Origin: a virus
Virus record (IMG/VR): IMGVR_UViG_3300032782_000001
Span: 1-52,403 of that record
Strand: one strand, 5' to 3'
Length of the DNA stretch: 52,403 nucleotides
In this document: positions 7,960 through 15,768 of the stretch, in pieces
Numbering within the stretch: the stretch's first letter is position 1
Layout: each line of letters opens with the position of its first letter
The notes under the pieces: generated by a model
Told to the model about the DNA's origin: nothing
The model's input: only the letters and a program-made list of their open reading frames with translations
The model's database searches: none
Translations under genes and position numbers: made by a program

Positions 7960-8163
7960 TTAGCTCTCCATGACTTGTCGGACGACGAATTCTTCCAGGG
8001 TAACAAGTTTAGATTCCCATCCCTGGATGGAGTGAACTCGACATCTTGAAATGAATAGACGGGATGCTTTGAAGTAGTAGAAGTAAATGGATCTTTTACC
8101 GCACCTCGGTTCCTCGACAAGCCGGTCGGCTCCAGCATCGCACGGAATGAATTCGTCTCTCAT
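7960..8163 (-). CDS. Cys-rich small protein, tail ...LEEFVVRQVMES (tail family)
   Basis: ORF track 7960..8457 trimmed to Met99, which forms an ATGA overlap with the upstream stop; the track N-terminus is junk-like. Confidence 0.5.
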   Translation of the reverse strand: MRDEFIPCDAGADRLVEEPRCGKRSIYFYYFKASRLFISRCRVHSIQGWESKLVTLEEFVVRQVMES

Positions 8164-8348
8164 GATTCCATGACTTGTCGGATGACGAATTCTTCTCGTG
8201 AAATTTCTTTCGTATATTTTTCTCGCCGGCAGGTCGGGCAGTGTGAAGCGCAGCGTCCTTTCAATTTCCGGAATTTGGAGATTTGGAAGAATCGGATAGC
8301 TGGCAGTCCGCAGACGTATCCCGGTTGTGTGTAGTCGCAGGTGATCAC
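8160..8348 (-). CDS. Cys-rich small protein, tail ...REEFVIRQVMES (tail family)
   Basis: ORF track 8160..8753 trimmed to the GTG that overlaps the stop of 8345..8650 (GTGA). Confidence 0.5.
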   Translation of the reverse strand: MITCDYTQPGYVCGLPAIRFFQISKFRKLKGRCASHCPTCRREKYTKEISREEFVIRQVMES

Positions 8349-8650
8349 GGGTTTTCCGGCAGGAATTGCACGTCCACCAGGATGTCCGGGTCCACCCGAG
8401 CGTAGTACCCGTATTCGGCTTTGTCCAACCGATCGTCTCGAATCCCGATATCGCCAAAGCGGCTCACCGACGCGATCAGCACTTTGGAGCCGGCTTTCGC
8501 CATCCGCGTCGTCGTGTGTTCTTCCACCGGATGGGATCCATCCCAGATATGCATTTGGCAGTCCACCAGGAGGGTCGCGGTGGCGAAGTAGCCTTTGACT
8601 TCGAAAGTCGCCTTTCGCCGATACATCTCTTCCAAGATCTTCGCGTCCAT
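8345..8650 (-). CDS. hypothetical protein (101 aa), non-family gene inside the tandem array
   Basis: ORF track; cassette at 8651-8698 (GAAATCCG..GACGTATTGCG..GGAGGCGACG-ATG). Confidence 0.55.
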   Translation of the reverse strand: MDAKILEEMYRRKATFEVKGYFATATLLVDCQMHIWDGSHPVEEHTTTRMAKAGSKVLIASVSRFGDIGIRDDRLDKAEYGYYARVDPDILVDVQFLPENP

Positions 8651-8698
8651 CGTCGCCTCCAGATCGCAATACGTCTCGACCTTTCGGATTTCCGTCGA

Positions 8699-8947
8699 TC
8701 AGGAATCCATGACTTCGTGGATTACAAATTCTTCCAGGGTCACCTCGGTCCATCCGCTAACGCCATGTTCATCACATCTGGCGTTGCAGCCCGATCGGAA
8801 GACGTAAAACCTCGTCGCGTCTCGTCCGCACGTCTTATTCACGAGCCACGGATAAGACGTGCGGACGAGACGCGACGAGGTTTTACGTCTTCCGCACGTC
8901 TTATCCGTGGCTCGTGAATAGTGGTCACAAGGGATGAGCCTTGTCAC
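8699..8947 (-). CDS. Cys-rich protein, tail ...LEEFVIHEVMDS (tail family), carrying an in-frame palindromic insertion
   Basis: ORF track 8699..9409 trimmed to the GTG that overlaps the stop of 8944..9291; CDS contains the nested inverted repeat 8801-8917. Confidence 0.45.
   Translation of the reverse strand: MTRLIPCDHYSRATDKTCGRRKTSSRLVRTSYPWLVNKTCGRDATRFYVFRSGCNARCDEHGVSGWTEVTLEEFVIHEVMDS
8801..8917. repeat. nested inverted repeat: 38-bp perfect arms (8801-8838 / 8852-8889) around a 13-nt spacer, then a second copy of the arm end plus the inverted spacer (8892-8917)
   Basis: read directly: GACGTAAAACCTCGTCGCGTCTCGTCCGCACGTCTTAT-TCACGAGCCACGG-ATAAGACGTGCGGACGAGACGCGACGAGGTTTTACGTC-TT-CCGCACGTCTTAT-CCGTGGCTCGTGA. 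Confidence 0.75.
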
Positions 8948-9291
8948 TCCTGGTTGTACGGGTCCACTCGACATTCCAGCCTCGTCCACACGTCTTGGAA
9001 CCAGGTTTCCATCTTCTCGACCGAATCTCCCTCCCTCAACGATCGGGAGATGTCGAAAAAGTCGTCTTGGTTCCTTCGATAGAACCGGGCTTCGGCAGAG
9101 AAGGCGGTGTCTCCGCCGTAAGGCCGATGATCCCACCAATACACGTGAATGCAGTACAACTTCTTGACGTAGGTCGTGTCTTGGTCGAGGAAACTTCCTC
9201 GGATCCATTTGGACCACAAGCCGTCCGCCTTGTGAGGCTTGGATTCCCGGTACCCGGCTTTTTCGAGATCTGCTTCGGTGATCATCGTCAA
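8944..9291 (-). CDS. hypothetical protein (115 aa)
   Basis: ORF track; overlaps upstream gene stop. Confidence 0.6.
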   Translation of the reverse strand: MTMITEADLEKAGYRESKPHKADGLWSKWIRGSFLDQDTTYVKKLYCIHVYWWDHRPYGGDTAFSAEARFYRRNQDDFFDISRSLREGDSVEKMETWFQDVWTRLECRVDPYNQE

Positions 9292-9950
9292 ACCTCCACC
9301 ACTTGATATCCGATCTCGCGCGGTTGCCTTTCCTCGTCCAGATAAGCTGAATTGCAGAACTCCATCTCTTGGATGGTTTGGCGACCGAATCCGCCGTGCA
9401 CGTGTCCACTGAGCACGGCTTTCACTCGATGATCCGACTCGTAGAACAGGAAGTTGTACAGGTGAATGTTCCCCCTTTGCAGATCCAGGATCATGCTGGG
9501 CGGACAGTGGGCGAGCAACACGTCCGCCATTTTCAGCTCATCTTGGATCCAACGGAACTCTTGCCACATGTCTTGTGACCGACGTTCCCAGTTCCACTCC
9601 CCTTGAAGGTACGGGATGAAAGGGATCCCGTAGAACGTTCGGTCTTCCCACGTGATCAACTTCTTCGTCACGTTGACGGCGCGGATCCCGCCGGCTTTCA
9701 ACAGATCCTCGACGCGTTCCGGTTCCAGAAAGTCGTGATTTCCCGCCACGAACAGGAACGGCCGGTCTCCAAGCCATTCCTTCAATTTCTTCATCCTCCT
9801 CCGGAGCCAGTCCTCTTGGAACTTGGGCTCGACGGACCAGTCTCCACGCGTCTCGTTCGGCATGAAATCCCCCGAATGGACGACAGGCGCATCCAAATCC
9901 GGCAAATCCGGGAGCCTCCCATGCGTGTCAGAAACGTGGATGAGTTTCAT
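9288..9950 (-). CDS. calcineurin-like metallophosphoesterase
   Basis: motifs IHVSDTHG (DxH), GDF, GNHD, GHVH; ORF track trimmed to Met5 after GGTGAG RBS. Confidence 0.8.
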   Translation of the reverse strand: MKLIHVSDTHGRLPDLPDLDAPVVHSGDFMPNETRGDWSVEPKFQEDWLRRRMKKLKEWLGDRPFLFVAGNHDFLEPERVEDLLKAGGIRAVNVTKKLITWEDRTFYGIPFIPYLQGEWNWERRSQDMWQEFRWIQDELKMADVLLAHCPPSMILDLQRGNIHLYNFLFYESDHRVKAVLSGHVHGGFGRQTIQEMEFCNSAYLDEERQPREIGYQVVEV

Positions 9951-10000
9951 CTCACCAACCAATACGGCTCGACCCGTCGAATTTACGCCGACATCACTTC
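9951..10000 (-). promoter_or_regulatory. conserved upstream cassette
   Basis: minus reading GGCGTAAATTCGACGGGTCGAGCCGTATTGGTTGGTGAG-ATG; its TAA doubles as the stop codon of 9983..10237. Confidence 0.5.
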
Positions 10001-10237
10001 CCAGACGAGGAATTCTTCTTCAGTTATCCGGATCCATTTGTCTCCCAGGAACCCTGGTTTAAATCTGAGTGAATACTGATGTAGATTGCAAACAGCTGCG
10101 GCCCGATTCCCCGTAGGGCTCAATAGGAAGAAGTGTCTTGCAGGCCCGTTCGGCATCGACCCTTCTTCGCGTCTCTGCGCTTCGCACATCTCGCATTTTC
10201 GGACGCCACTTGTAAAATCTTCCATGTCGTCTGACAA
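9983..10237 (-). CDS. Cys-rich small protein, tail ...EEEFLVWEVMSA (tail family)
   Basis: ORF track. Confidence 0.55.
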   Translation of the reverse strand: MSDDMEDFTSGVRKCEMCEAQRREEGSMPNGPARHFFLLSPTGNRAAAVCNLHQYSLRFKPGFLGDKWIRITEEEFLVWEVMSA

Positions 10238-10442
10238 TCGGAAAGTTTGTCAGTCTAAACAACCACCCTGCAATGATCCGGCGGTCTTTGTCTATCACTA
10301 CTGGGATCCGCCTCCAGACCATCCCGGCTTGTCTCACCTGCCAAAAGACGACGAGGCCGCATTATGCGCGCGGTTACTGCAATCCCTGCTACCAGCGCGC
10401 CAAGCGGCCTTCAAGAGCTAAGTCGGCTTTCCGTGAGGAATT

Positions 10443-10724
10443 TCAAACCCACTCGAAGCCGAGACAGGAAAGGACGCTGGAAAGCCAGTCTCCGATGAGC
10501 TCCGGGTCCTGATCGGTGTCTCCCTCGAGGAGCTCGCCGTACTCCTTGTTGGCCTTTTGGATCTCCTCCCAGAGCTCGAACTTGTTGAGGGCGTCCGTGC
10601 CGATGCGCTTGTCGTTTCCGAAGTGGAACTTCCCGCCTCGGAGTTCTCCTTCCGCTTCCAGCTCATCCCAAGCCGCGTCGTACTGCTCGAACGTGGGGAG
10701 CTCGCCGTAGGTCATCGAGATCAT
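10443..10724 (-). CDS. acidic hypothetical protein (93 aa)
   Basis: ORF track 10443..10970 trimmed to Met83 after GGAGGTGACGCG; cassette at 10725-10790. Confidence 0.6.
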   Translation of the reverse strand: MISMTYGELPTFEQYDAAWDELEAEGELRGGKFHFGNDKRIGTDALNKFELWEEIQKANKEYGELLEGDTDQDPELIGDWLSSVLSCLGFEWV

Positions 10725-10915
10725 CGCGTCACCTCCGCGATCGGATACGCCGTGACTCGTTGGATTTACGATCGCGTTGTACGGTTCCCTAAGTGATCGT
10801 CCTTGACGATATTCCGACTTGCACTGCGGACCTCGGCGGTCTTTGGGATGATGAACCTCTTTGCAAGAATCCGGTCCGGTGGGTATTAGTGACACCCAAC
10901 GCTTGCCGACACTCC

Positions 10916-11032
10916 ATGGATGATTTTCCAGAGGGAGTTTGTGATGAGCATAAGATGCATCTGCGCCCAAGAGATGATCAAGTCATCCTGAGCGTAGAAG
11001 AATTCATCTGCTACGACGTCTCTACCTCTTGA
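10916..11032 (+). pseudogene. possible degenerate, inverted tail-family member (...SVEEFICYDVSTS)
   Basis: plus-strand ORF amid minus genes, no RBS, imperfect tail. Confidence 0.25.
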
Positions 11033-11035
11033 AAT

Positions 11036-11230
11036 TTATTCGCCGTGACGCGTGCTTTTCAGCTCCTGCATCTCGACATTGAGCGCCTTGAGTTCCTTGT
11101 AGAACCCGAGCTTCTTGGCGAGTGCTGCGATCTTCTTGAGATCCGATCGCTTCACGACCACGTGAGCTCGCATCCACTTCCGAGCGTCTTCTTCTCGGAA
11201 GATATCCTCGGTGTTGTTGATGTAGATCAT
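11036..11230 (-). CDS. hypothetical protein (65 aa)
   Basis: ORF track trimmed to Met8 after GGAGGG. Confidence 0.5.
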   Translation of the reverse strand: MIYINNTEDIFREEDARKWMRAHVVVKRSDLKKIAALAKKLGFYKELKALNVEMQELKSTRHGE

Positions 11231-11295
11231 TCGCCCTCCATCAACGTACACTTCTTTCCGGCTGAACCCTTGTAGGCGTGAAGGGAGTCGAACCC

Positions 11296-11514
11296 TTAAG
11301 ACATCATTACTTCATGGACGATGAACTCTGCTCGAGTGAGTTCCTGGACGAATCCCTTCTTGATTTCTTCCAAGAAAGTCGGATCCTCCGCGACGCATCG
11401 TTTGCAGCGGATAATGGGTCGCTTGCTGATGGTTCCTACAAAGAACCGGACGTCCTTGCTCATGCACATCGTGGTTTCCCACCCGAAGGGTACTTGGTTC
11501 TGGCAATAATCCAT
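11296..11514 (-). CDS. Cys-rich small protein, tail ...RAEFIVHEVMMS (tail family)
   Basis: ORF track 11296..11568 trimmed to Met19; cassette at 11515-11570. Confidence 0.55.
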   Translation of the reverse strand: MDYCQNQVPFGWETTMCMSKDVRFFVGTISKRPIIRCKRCVAEDPTFLEEIKKGFVQELTRAEFIVHEVMMS

Positions 11515-11590
11515 ACTAGTCCCGGAAACCAGCCAATACGACGACCGGCGAATTTGCGCTATTGCCAAGTATGGCTGAGGACAGTTTACA

Positions 11591-11667
11591 GGTGGACCGG
11601 AAGGGATTCGAACCCTCAGTTAGGAAGTTTTTAAAACCTCTGTGTCTGCCTTTTCCACCACCGGTCC
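11591..11667 (-). tRNA. tRNA-like gene, anticodon UAA (Leu-type anticodon but short variable arm)
   Basis: 7/7-bp acceptor GGACCGG/CCGGTCC, T-arm GAGGG-TTCGAAT-CCCTT, anticodon arm GAGGT-TTTAAAA-ACTTC, 3-bp D-stem, 77 nt ending ACC; coordinates approximate. Confidence 0.55.
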
Positions 11668-11687
11668 GGATTGGTTCCTTCTTCGGT

Positions 11688-11855
11688 TCAGTTTTCTTTG
11701 AGCCAATTACGATGACTGGCTGCTCGGAGTTTTTCCAGTTTTCGCAGTTCTTTTAATTCTCGTAGCCATTTTGCTAGTTGCTTATGATCTCTTCCGCAAG
11801 GAGTGTCCTCGGAGGATTTTTCTTCCGCATGTTTAATAGCTTCTTCGAGTCTCAT
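11688..11855 (-). CDS. small AT-rich basic protein (55 aa) upstream of the tRNA
   Basis: hand-translated; no SD; coordinates approximate. Confidence 0.3.
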   Translation of the reverse strand: MRLEEAIKHAEEKSSEDTPCGRDHKQLAKWLRELKELRKLEKLRAASHRNWLKEN

Positions 11856-11867
11856 CCAGTGTATCCT

Positions 11868-12098
11868 TTACGCTTCCGGCAGCTTCACATGGATCCAGCC
11901 GAGAGACTTCGAGTTGTTGAGGCTCGGCTTCCTCTCACCTTCTCGAGCTGGCTGAGTATCCCCGGCCTTACGTTCCAGAACATCGAAGTTCGTGGCAGCC
12001 GTGTTCTTCTGACGAATCTCGTTGAAGGCCATCTGAGCGGCCTCTTCCGGCGAATTGGCCTCGAAGTCCATGTCCCAGCGCACGCGGTAATTCTTCAT
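11868..12098 (-). CDS. hypothetical protein (77 aa)
   Basis: ORF track trimmed to Met34 after AAGGAGAAGCG; ATGA overlap with upstream gene. Confidence 0.55.
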   Translation of the reverse strand: MKNYRVRWDMDFEANSPEEAAQMAFNEIRQKNTAATNFDVLERKAGDTQPAREGERKPSLNNSKSLGWIHVKLPEA

Positions 12099-12469
12099 CG
12101 CTTCTCCTTCGGAGCCTTCTTTGCTGGACGAACACTCGCCTTGTTGAACCTTCCTGAGACGAGGCTGATGACGCCAAGGAGCGTGGCCTCCCCACAAAGG
12201 ATGGAGCCTTCCGCAGCGTCGTAGAGGTAAATGCCCTCGAAAGGGTGACTCACCAACCCGAGGTAATCCTCTTCGTATTCCTGGACGACCTTCCGGTCCT
12301 TCCAGAACTGTTGGGCGCGTTTGGTGGCGAGTTGGATGTCGGAGTATGCTCCGAGGATGACATCCGTTGTCTCGTCATCTTGGACGATGACGTCCGGATC
12401 TCCTTCACCGTCTTGGTCCGTCACCACGTCGTAGTTGTTCCAAACGGTTCCCAGGATCACAACTGCCAT
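12095..12469 (-). CDS. acidic hypothetical protein (124 aa)
   Basis: ORF track trimmed to Met4 after GGAGGTGACGACG; cassette at 12470-12525. Confidence 0.6.
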   Translation of the reverse strand: MAVVILGTVWNNYDVVTDQDGEGDPDVIVQDDETTDVILGAYSDIQLATKRAQQFWKDRKVVQEYEEDYLGLVSHPFEGIYLYDAAEGSILCGEATLLGVISLVSGRFNKASVRPAKKAPKEKR

Positions 12470-12520
12470 CGTCGTCACCTCCAGATCAGGATACGACGTG
12501 ATCCGCCGAATTTGCGCTGG

Positions 12521-12709
12521 TCAGGCCGACATCACTTCGTACACGAGCCACGAGTTTCTCTCTTCGGGGGACATGGACTGAATAACTTCATCCAAGTTTG
12601 CCTGAAGCCTTTGCCGAAAGACTTCACGTTTCTCTTCGGACCTGGTGTCGTTCGTCAGCACATCTTGCAGTTGAGCGCTGATCCAGAACGCATCTTGAAC
12701 TTTGCTCAT
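12521..12709 (-). CDS. small protein, tail ...SWLVYEVMSA (tail family)
   Basis: ORF track; ATGA overlap. Confidence 0.5.
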   Translation of the reverse strand: MSKVQDAFWISAQLQDVLTNDTRSEEKREVFRQRLQANLDEVIQSMSPEERNSWLVYEVMSA

Positions 12710-13029
12710 GATGCATGGACCGCCAAGATGGTCATCTGACGCTTCACACGTTCTTTGATTTCCTCGAGGGGTCCGAAGAAGATGCGAAACCCGACGCCAT
12801 CCTTCGTGTACCAGATCTCACGACCATTGGCCTCTTGGGCGATGTTCATCCCGATCTGGATGTACTCGTGGGGCTCCAAATCCTGCCCCACATAATCGAA
12901 ATCCGTGAGTCCACCCTCGGTGAAATCCCCATTATCCAACGGGAAGATCTCGGCGTCGTTCTCTCGAGCGACAATGAACTCGGCGACAAGCGCCTGGAGT
13001 TCCTCATCCTCCTTGAATTTCAGCTCCAT
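12706..13029 (-). CDS. hypothetical protein (107 aa)
   Basis: ORF track 12706..13182 trimmed to Met52 after GGAGGATGGCTC. Confidence 0.55.
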   Translation of the reverse strand: MELKFKEDEELQALVAEFIVARENDAEIFPLDNGDFTEGGLTDFDYVGQDLEPHEYIQIGMNIAQEANGREIWYTKDGVGFRIFFGPLEEIKERVKRQMTILAVHAS

Positions 13030-13229
13030 GAGCCATCCTCCAGCTTCTTCAGCTCCACGAGCGCCTTGGCATATGCCTCTTCGATCATCGACCGACGAGC
13101 CAATGCGAGGTGAGCTTTTTCGTGGTCGACGACTGCCTTCCGCTCGGACGCCGTGAGCTTCCGGATCATGCCGGGGTCCCAACAGACAGAACAGGTTCCA
13201 GCCTTGTAAACCATCTTAGGTTCGGCCAT
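13020..13229 (-). CDS. hypothetical protein (69 aa, CxxC)
   Basis: ORF track trimmed to Met4 after GGAGGTGACGATA; cassette at 13230-13280. Confidence 0.55.
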   Translation of the reverse strand: MAEPKMVYKAGTCSVCWDPGMIRKLTASERKAVVDHEKAHLALARRSMIEEAYAKALVELKKLEDGSWS

Positions 13230-13277
13230 TATCGTCACCTCCAGATCTGAGTACGTCGGCGACCGGCGAATTTACGA

Positions 13278-13841
13278 TCACGCCTCCATCACGTCGAACA
13301 CATAACATAACTGAAGGGCTTTTTCCTTGGAAATTTCCTCGAATTTCTTGACCTCTTTGGCAAGTATGCAGACTTCACAAAGTCCAAATGGAGGTTCTCC
13401 CTGGAAGAACTTCTTAGCCGGCTTCCGCTCGGCGGTTTTCCCGAGGTCTCTACCTTTGGAATCGTATTTTGAATGCATGTTCCTGCAAAACATCAGCATC
13501 CCGGAAGGAGGAAGTGGAGTTGATGATAAGAAGGCTTCTTGTTCGGGTAGTCCTGTGAGGTCGGATTTATTTATCGCTCCCGCTCCAAGCGCTCTTACCT
13601 GGTCGAGGACGTGCATGACCGATTGGTACTTGGTGAGACGCAGATCCTGAATGATTTCTGTACTGAGACCACTTTTGAGTAGCCTTTGAACCGAGCCCAC
13701 AGGCACGTGTTCCATCATGGAGCACACTTGCACATAACGCTCCGTGGCGTACCGCTTGTAGCCCTTTTCGTAAAGCCCTTTCGCCTCCAGCATGGCTTGA
13801 CGAATTTTGTCCATCAAAGCATTCAACGATATGTCGTCCAT
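13278..13841 (-). CDS. hypothetical protein (187 aa), tail ...LCYVFDVMEA (tail family)
   Basis: ORF track; stop lies inside the downstream gene's cassette. Confidence 0.6.
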   Translation of the reverse strand: MDDISLNALMDKIRQAMLEAKGLYEKGYKRYATERYVQVCSMMEHVPVGSVQRLLKSGLSTEIIQDLRLTKYQSVMHVLDQVRALGAGAINKSDLTGLPEQEAFLSSTPLPPSGMLMFCRNMHSKYDSKGRDLGKTAERKPAKKFFQGEPPFGLCEVCILAKEVKKFEEISKEKALQLCYVFDVMEA

Positions 13842-13849
13842 GATTCGAC

Positions 13850-14170
13850 CTAGCTATACATGACCGTCCAGACAGTCCACTCTTCGTCCGAAAGCTTGCG
13901 GATTTTCCCATGGAAGATGGTGTCTTCTCCCATAAAGCCCTTGTTCATGCACGACTTGCAGACGAGGAACATGGTGGCCCGGATCTTATCCAGCTTATCC
14001 AGACTCCCTACATTGGAATGCTGTTGAAGGTATTCTTCGGCGAAGACGAAAGCTGCAATGGGCTTCCCTGACTGAGTCCCCATGTGATTGGAACATGATG
14101 GGTCGCAGCAACGACCAGCTGTACCCCTCTTGGCCCTGGCCAGAAGCACCATCAGCTCTCGGTCGTTCAT
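13850..14170 (-). CDS. Cys-rich protein (106 aa), tail ...EEWTVWTVMYS (tail family)
   Basis: ORF track trimmed to Met10 after GGGAG. Confidence 0.5.
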   Translation of the reverse strand: MNDRELMVLLARAKRGTAGRCCDPSCSNHMGTQSGKPIAAFVFAEEYLQQHSNVGSLDKLDKIRATMFLVCKSCMNKGFMGEDTIFHGKIRKLSDEEWTVWTVMYS

Positions 14171-14172
14171 AT

Positions 14173-14325
14173 CTACTCCCAGTTCTCGACTTTCCAAGCG
14201 GACTGGCGCTCCTTGGCGCGTCGATCCGCTCGATGACGCATCTTCGCAGCCTTGCAGTTAAGAATGGCCGTAAGGCATTCGATGGAACGGGGCTTTTTAG
14301 GCTGCCGAGCCTTGCGAATCTTCAT
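14173..14325 (-). CDS. small very basic protein (50 aa, MKIRKARQPKKPRSIECL...)
   Basis: hand-translated; GGAGGTGACGACG-ATG; cassette at 14326-14380; not in ORF track (under 60 aa). Confidence 0.4.
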   Translation of the reverse strand: MKIRKARQPKKPRSIECLTAILNCKAAKMRHRADRRAKERQSAWKVENWE

Positions 14326-14372
14326 CGTCGTCACCTCCAGGCGAAAATACGCCGGGGGCTGACGGACTTCCG

Positions 14373-14787
14373 CTATGCGACTTGCACCTGCTGGACAATC
14401 CTCTTAGCGAGGTATACGTTGCATTCCGCGATGAAGGCATCGTTGATGGCGTAATATCGATTGTCGAGATCATCGGTATCCTCACCAGACACCGCGTCCG
14501 GGTCGAATTTCATCGCCAGTTGGACGAGCCGCAGAACTTTCGCGGACAGGTCCGTGTTCATCTGATTCAGGGCGAACTTCAGGAACGGAAACCCGACGTC
14601 GTAGCGGTTGCCGAGCCACTGGGAGAAGCCCCCCGTTTTGAACCTGATGGTTCAATTGCCCGAGAACGGCGGCGTCCCTTTGCAGAGGCTCGAGACTCAT
14701 GAGGAAGGTCTCCGTCGACCAATCACTGTGGTCTCGCCACAGGTCGTATGCCTCGTTCATGAGCCTCTGGTGCACGGAATCCGGCAT
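14373..14787 (-). pseudogene. single gene split into two ORFs by a +1 frameshift at a C6/G6 homopolymer (14637-14642)
   Basis: ORFs 14482..14787 and 14373..14561 read sensibly only when joined (...LNHQVQNGG / TGGFSQWLGNRYDVGFPFLKFALNQMNTDL...); run of six G on the coding strand at the junction. Confidence 0.5.
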
Positions 14788-14873
14788 ATGTCGCCTCCGG
14801 CACCGAATACGACGCGGCCCGGCGGACTTACGACCGGCCGGGCCCTAGACTTTCAAGCGTAATTGCTTTAACG

Positions 14874-15284
14874 TCAGCTTACGCCGAGGAAATCGGCGAC
14901 GGCATCCATTACGATCTGCTGGATCCCTTCGGGATCTTGCGTAATATCGAAACCCGGTTTCCCCTCAATGCTCCCGTTCTTCCAATCCCAACCGCCGACG
15001 TTGCCCGCATCGTCCAGCATCAAAATCATGACGCCAGCAACAGGGTTCCCATCGACCAGTCCTTGAAACTTGGCTGCAGGTTCATTTGGTTTCTTTGTAA
15101 CTTCCGTCATCTCTAGACGGTATCCGCCAGGCTGCATCGGATCGCCGGATTCCGCCTCGCCTTCGTTCATACTCGCGAGTACGACGCGGATCGCCGAACT
15201 TACGCGGACGCGACTCGGATTGGAAGATCGGTCAATTTTATCGGCGATCTCTCGCAAGGAGGCGGCAACCCGAGAAGGTATCAT
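14874..15284 (-). CDS. hypothetical protein, paralog of 2817..3272 (shared N-terminal 40 aa)
   Basis: ORF track; about 130-nt identity block with 3145-3290 including an in-frame cassette copy at 15165-15225. Confidence 0.6.
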   Translation of the reverse strand: MIPSRVAASLREIADKIDRSSNPSRVRVSSAIRVVLASMNEGEAESGDPMQPGGYRLEMTEVTKKPNEPAAKFQGLVDGNPVAGVMILMLDDAGNVGGWDWKNGSIEGKPGFDITQDPEGIQQIVMDAVADFLGVS

Positions 15285-15311
15285 GCCTCAATCCCTCAAA
15301 AGAGGGCTAGT

Positions 15312-15509
15312 TCAGTGAGGCCAGAGCGGAACCGAGAAGTATGCTTCAGGCGGAATACCAGGAACCGTTGCGGGGATGGGATCCACAATCGTGTTCGTGG
15401 GCTTCGGCACGTATTTGACGGGGTTATTGGTGGGTACGTATGAAGCCGGGTCAACCTTCGTCGACTGGGCCGTGAGCTGTCCGAGATCGGTGTATGCGAC
15501 GGTTGCCAT
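15312..15509 (-). CDS. Pro/Thr/Val-rich small protein (65 aa)
   Basis: ORF track; weak RBS. Confidence 0.35.
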   Translation of the reverse strand: MATVAYTDLGQLTAQSTKVDPASYVPTNNPVKYVPKPTNTIVDPIPATVPGIPPEAYFSVPLWPH

Positions 15510-15524
15510 ACAACCTTATCGCAA

Positions 15525-15749
15525 TTAAAGACCTTGCGATGCAACGAAAGACTCTTGGACGTCTTCCTTCCGAAGGACCATTCCACCCCCGTTCCAGCCG
15601 AGACTGTATGGGTGGTCTTCATGCCACTTCGTCCATCTTCCTTCACCTCCGTGAGGTGGGTGCTCTGTGATGGATAGTTTGAGAGTTAGTGGCAGTTCCA
15701 ACTCGGGAGAAAGCTTGGAAAGCACTTCCATGAGTTCACATACTTTCAT
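15525..15749 (-). CDS. hypothetical protein (75 aa)
   Basis: ORF track 15525..15803 trimmed to Met19; the longer N-terminus translates the 15769-15790 hairpin arm. Confidence 0.5.
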   Translation of the reverse strand: MKVCELMEVLSKLSPELELPLTLKLSITEHPPHGGEGRWTKWHEDHPYSLGWNGGGMVLRKEDVQESFVASQGL

Positions 15750-15768
15750 GGGTTCTCCACAGAATAAG

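Noticed and set aside
10273-10512. Plus-strand ORF with two CxxC pairs (CLTCQK...CNPCYQ) in the 10238-10442 gap
   Set aside because: It overlaps the well-supported minus gene 10443-10724, has no RBS, and is on the wrong strand for the block. It is treated as chance, and the gap remains unannotated.
11281-11297. Second tRNA suggested by the GGGTTCGACTCCC T-loop-like sequence
   Set aside because: No complementary 5' acceptor strand within 80 nt, so at most it is a tRNA 3' fragment.
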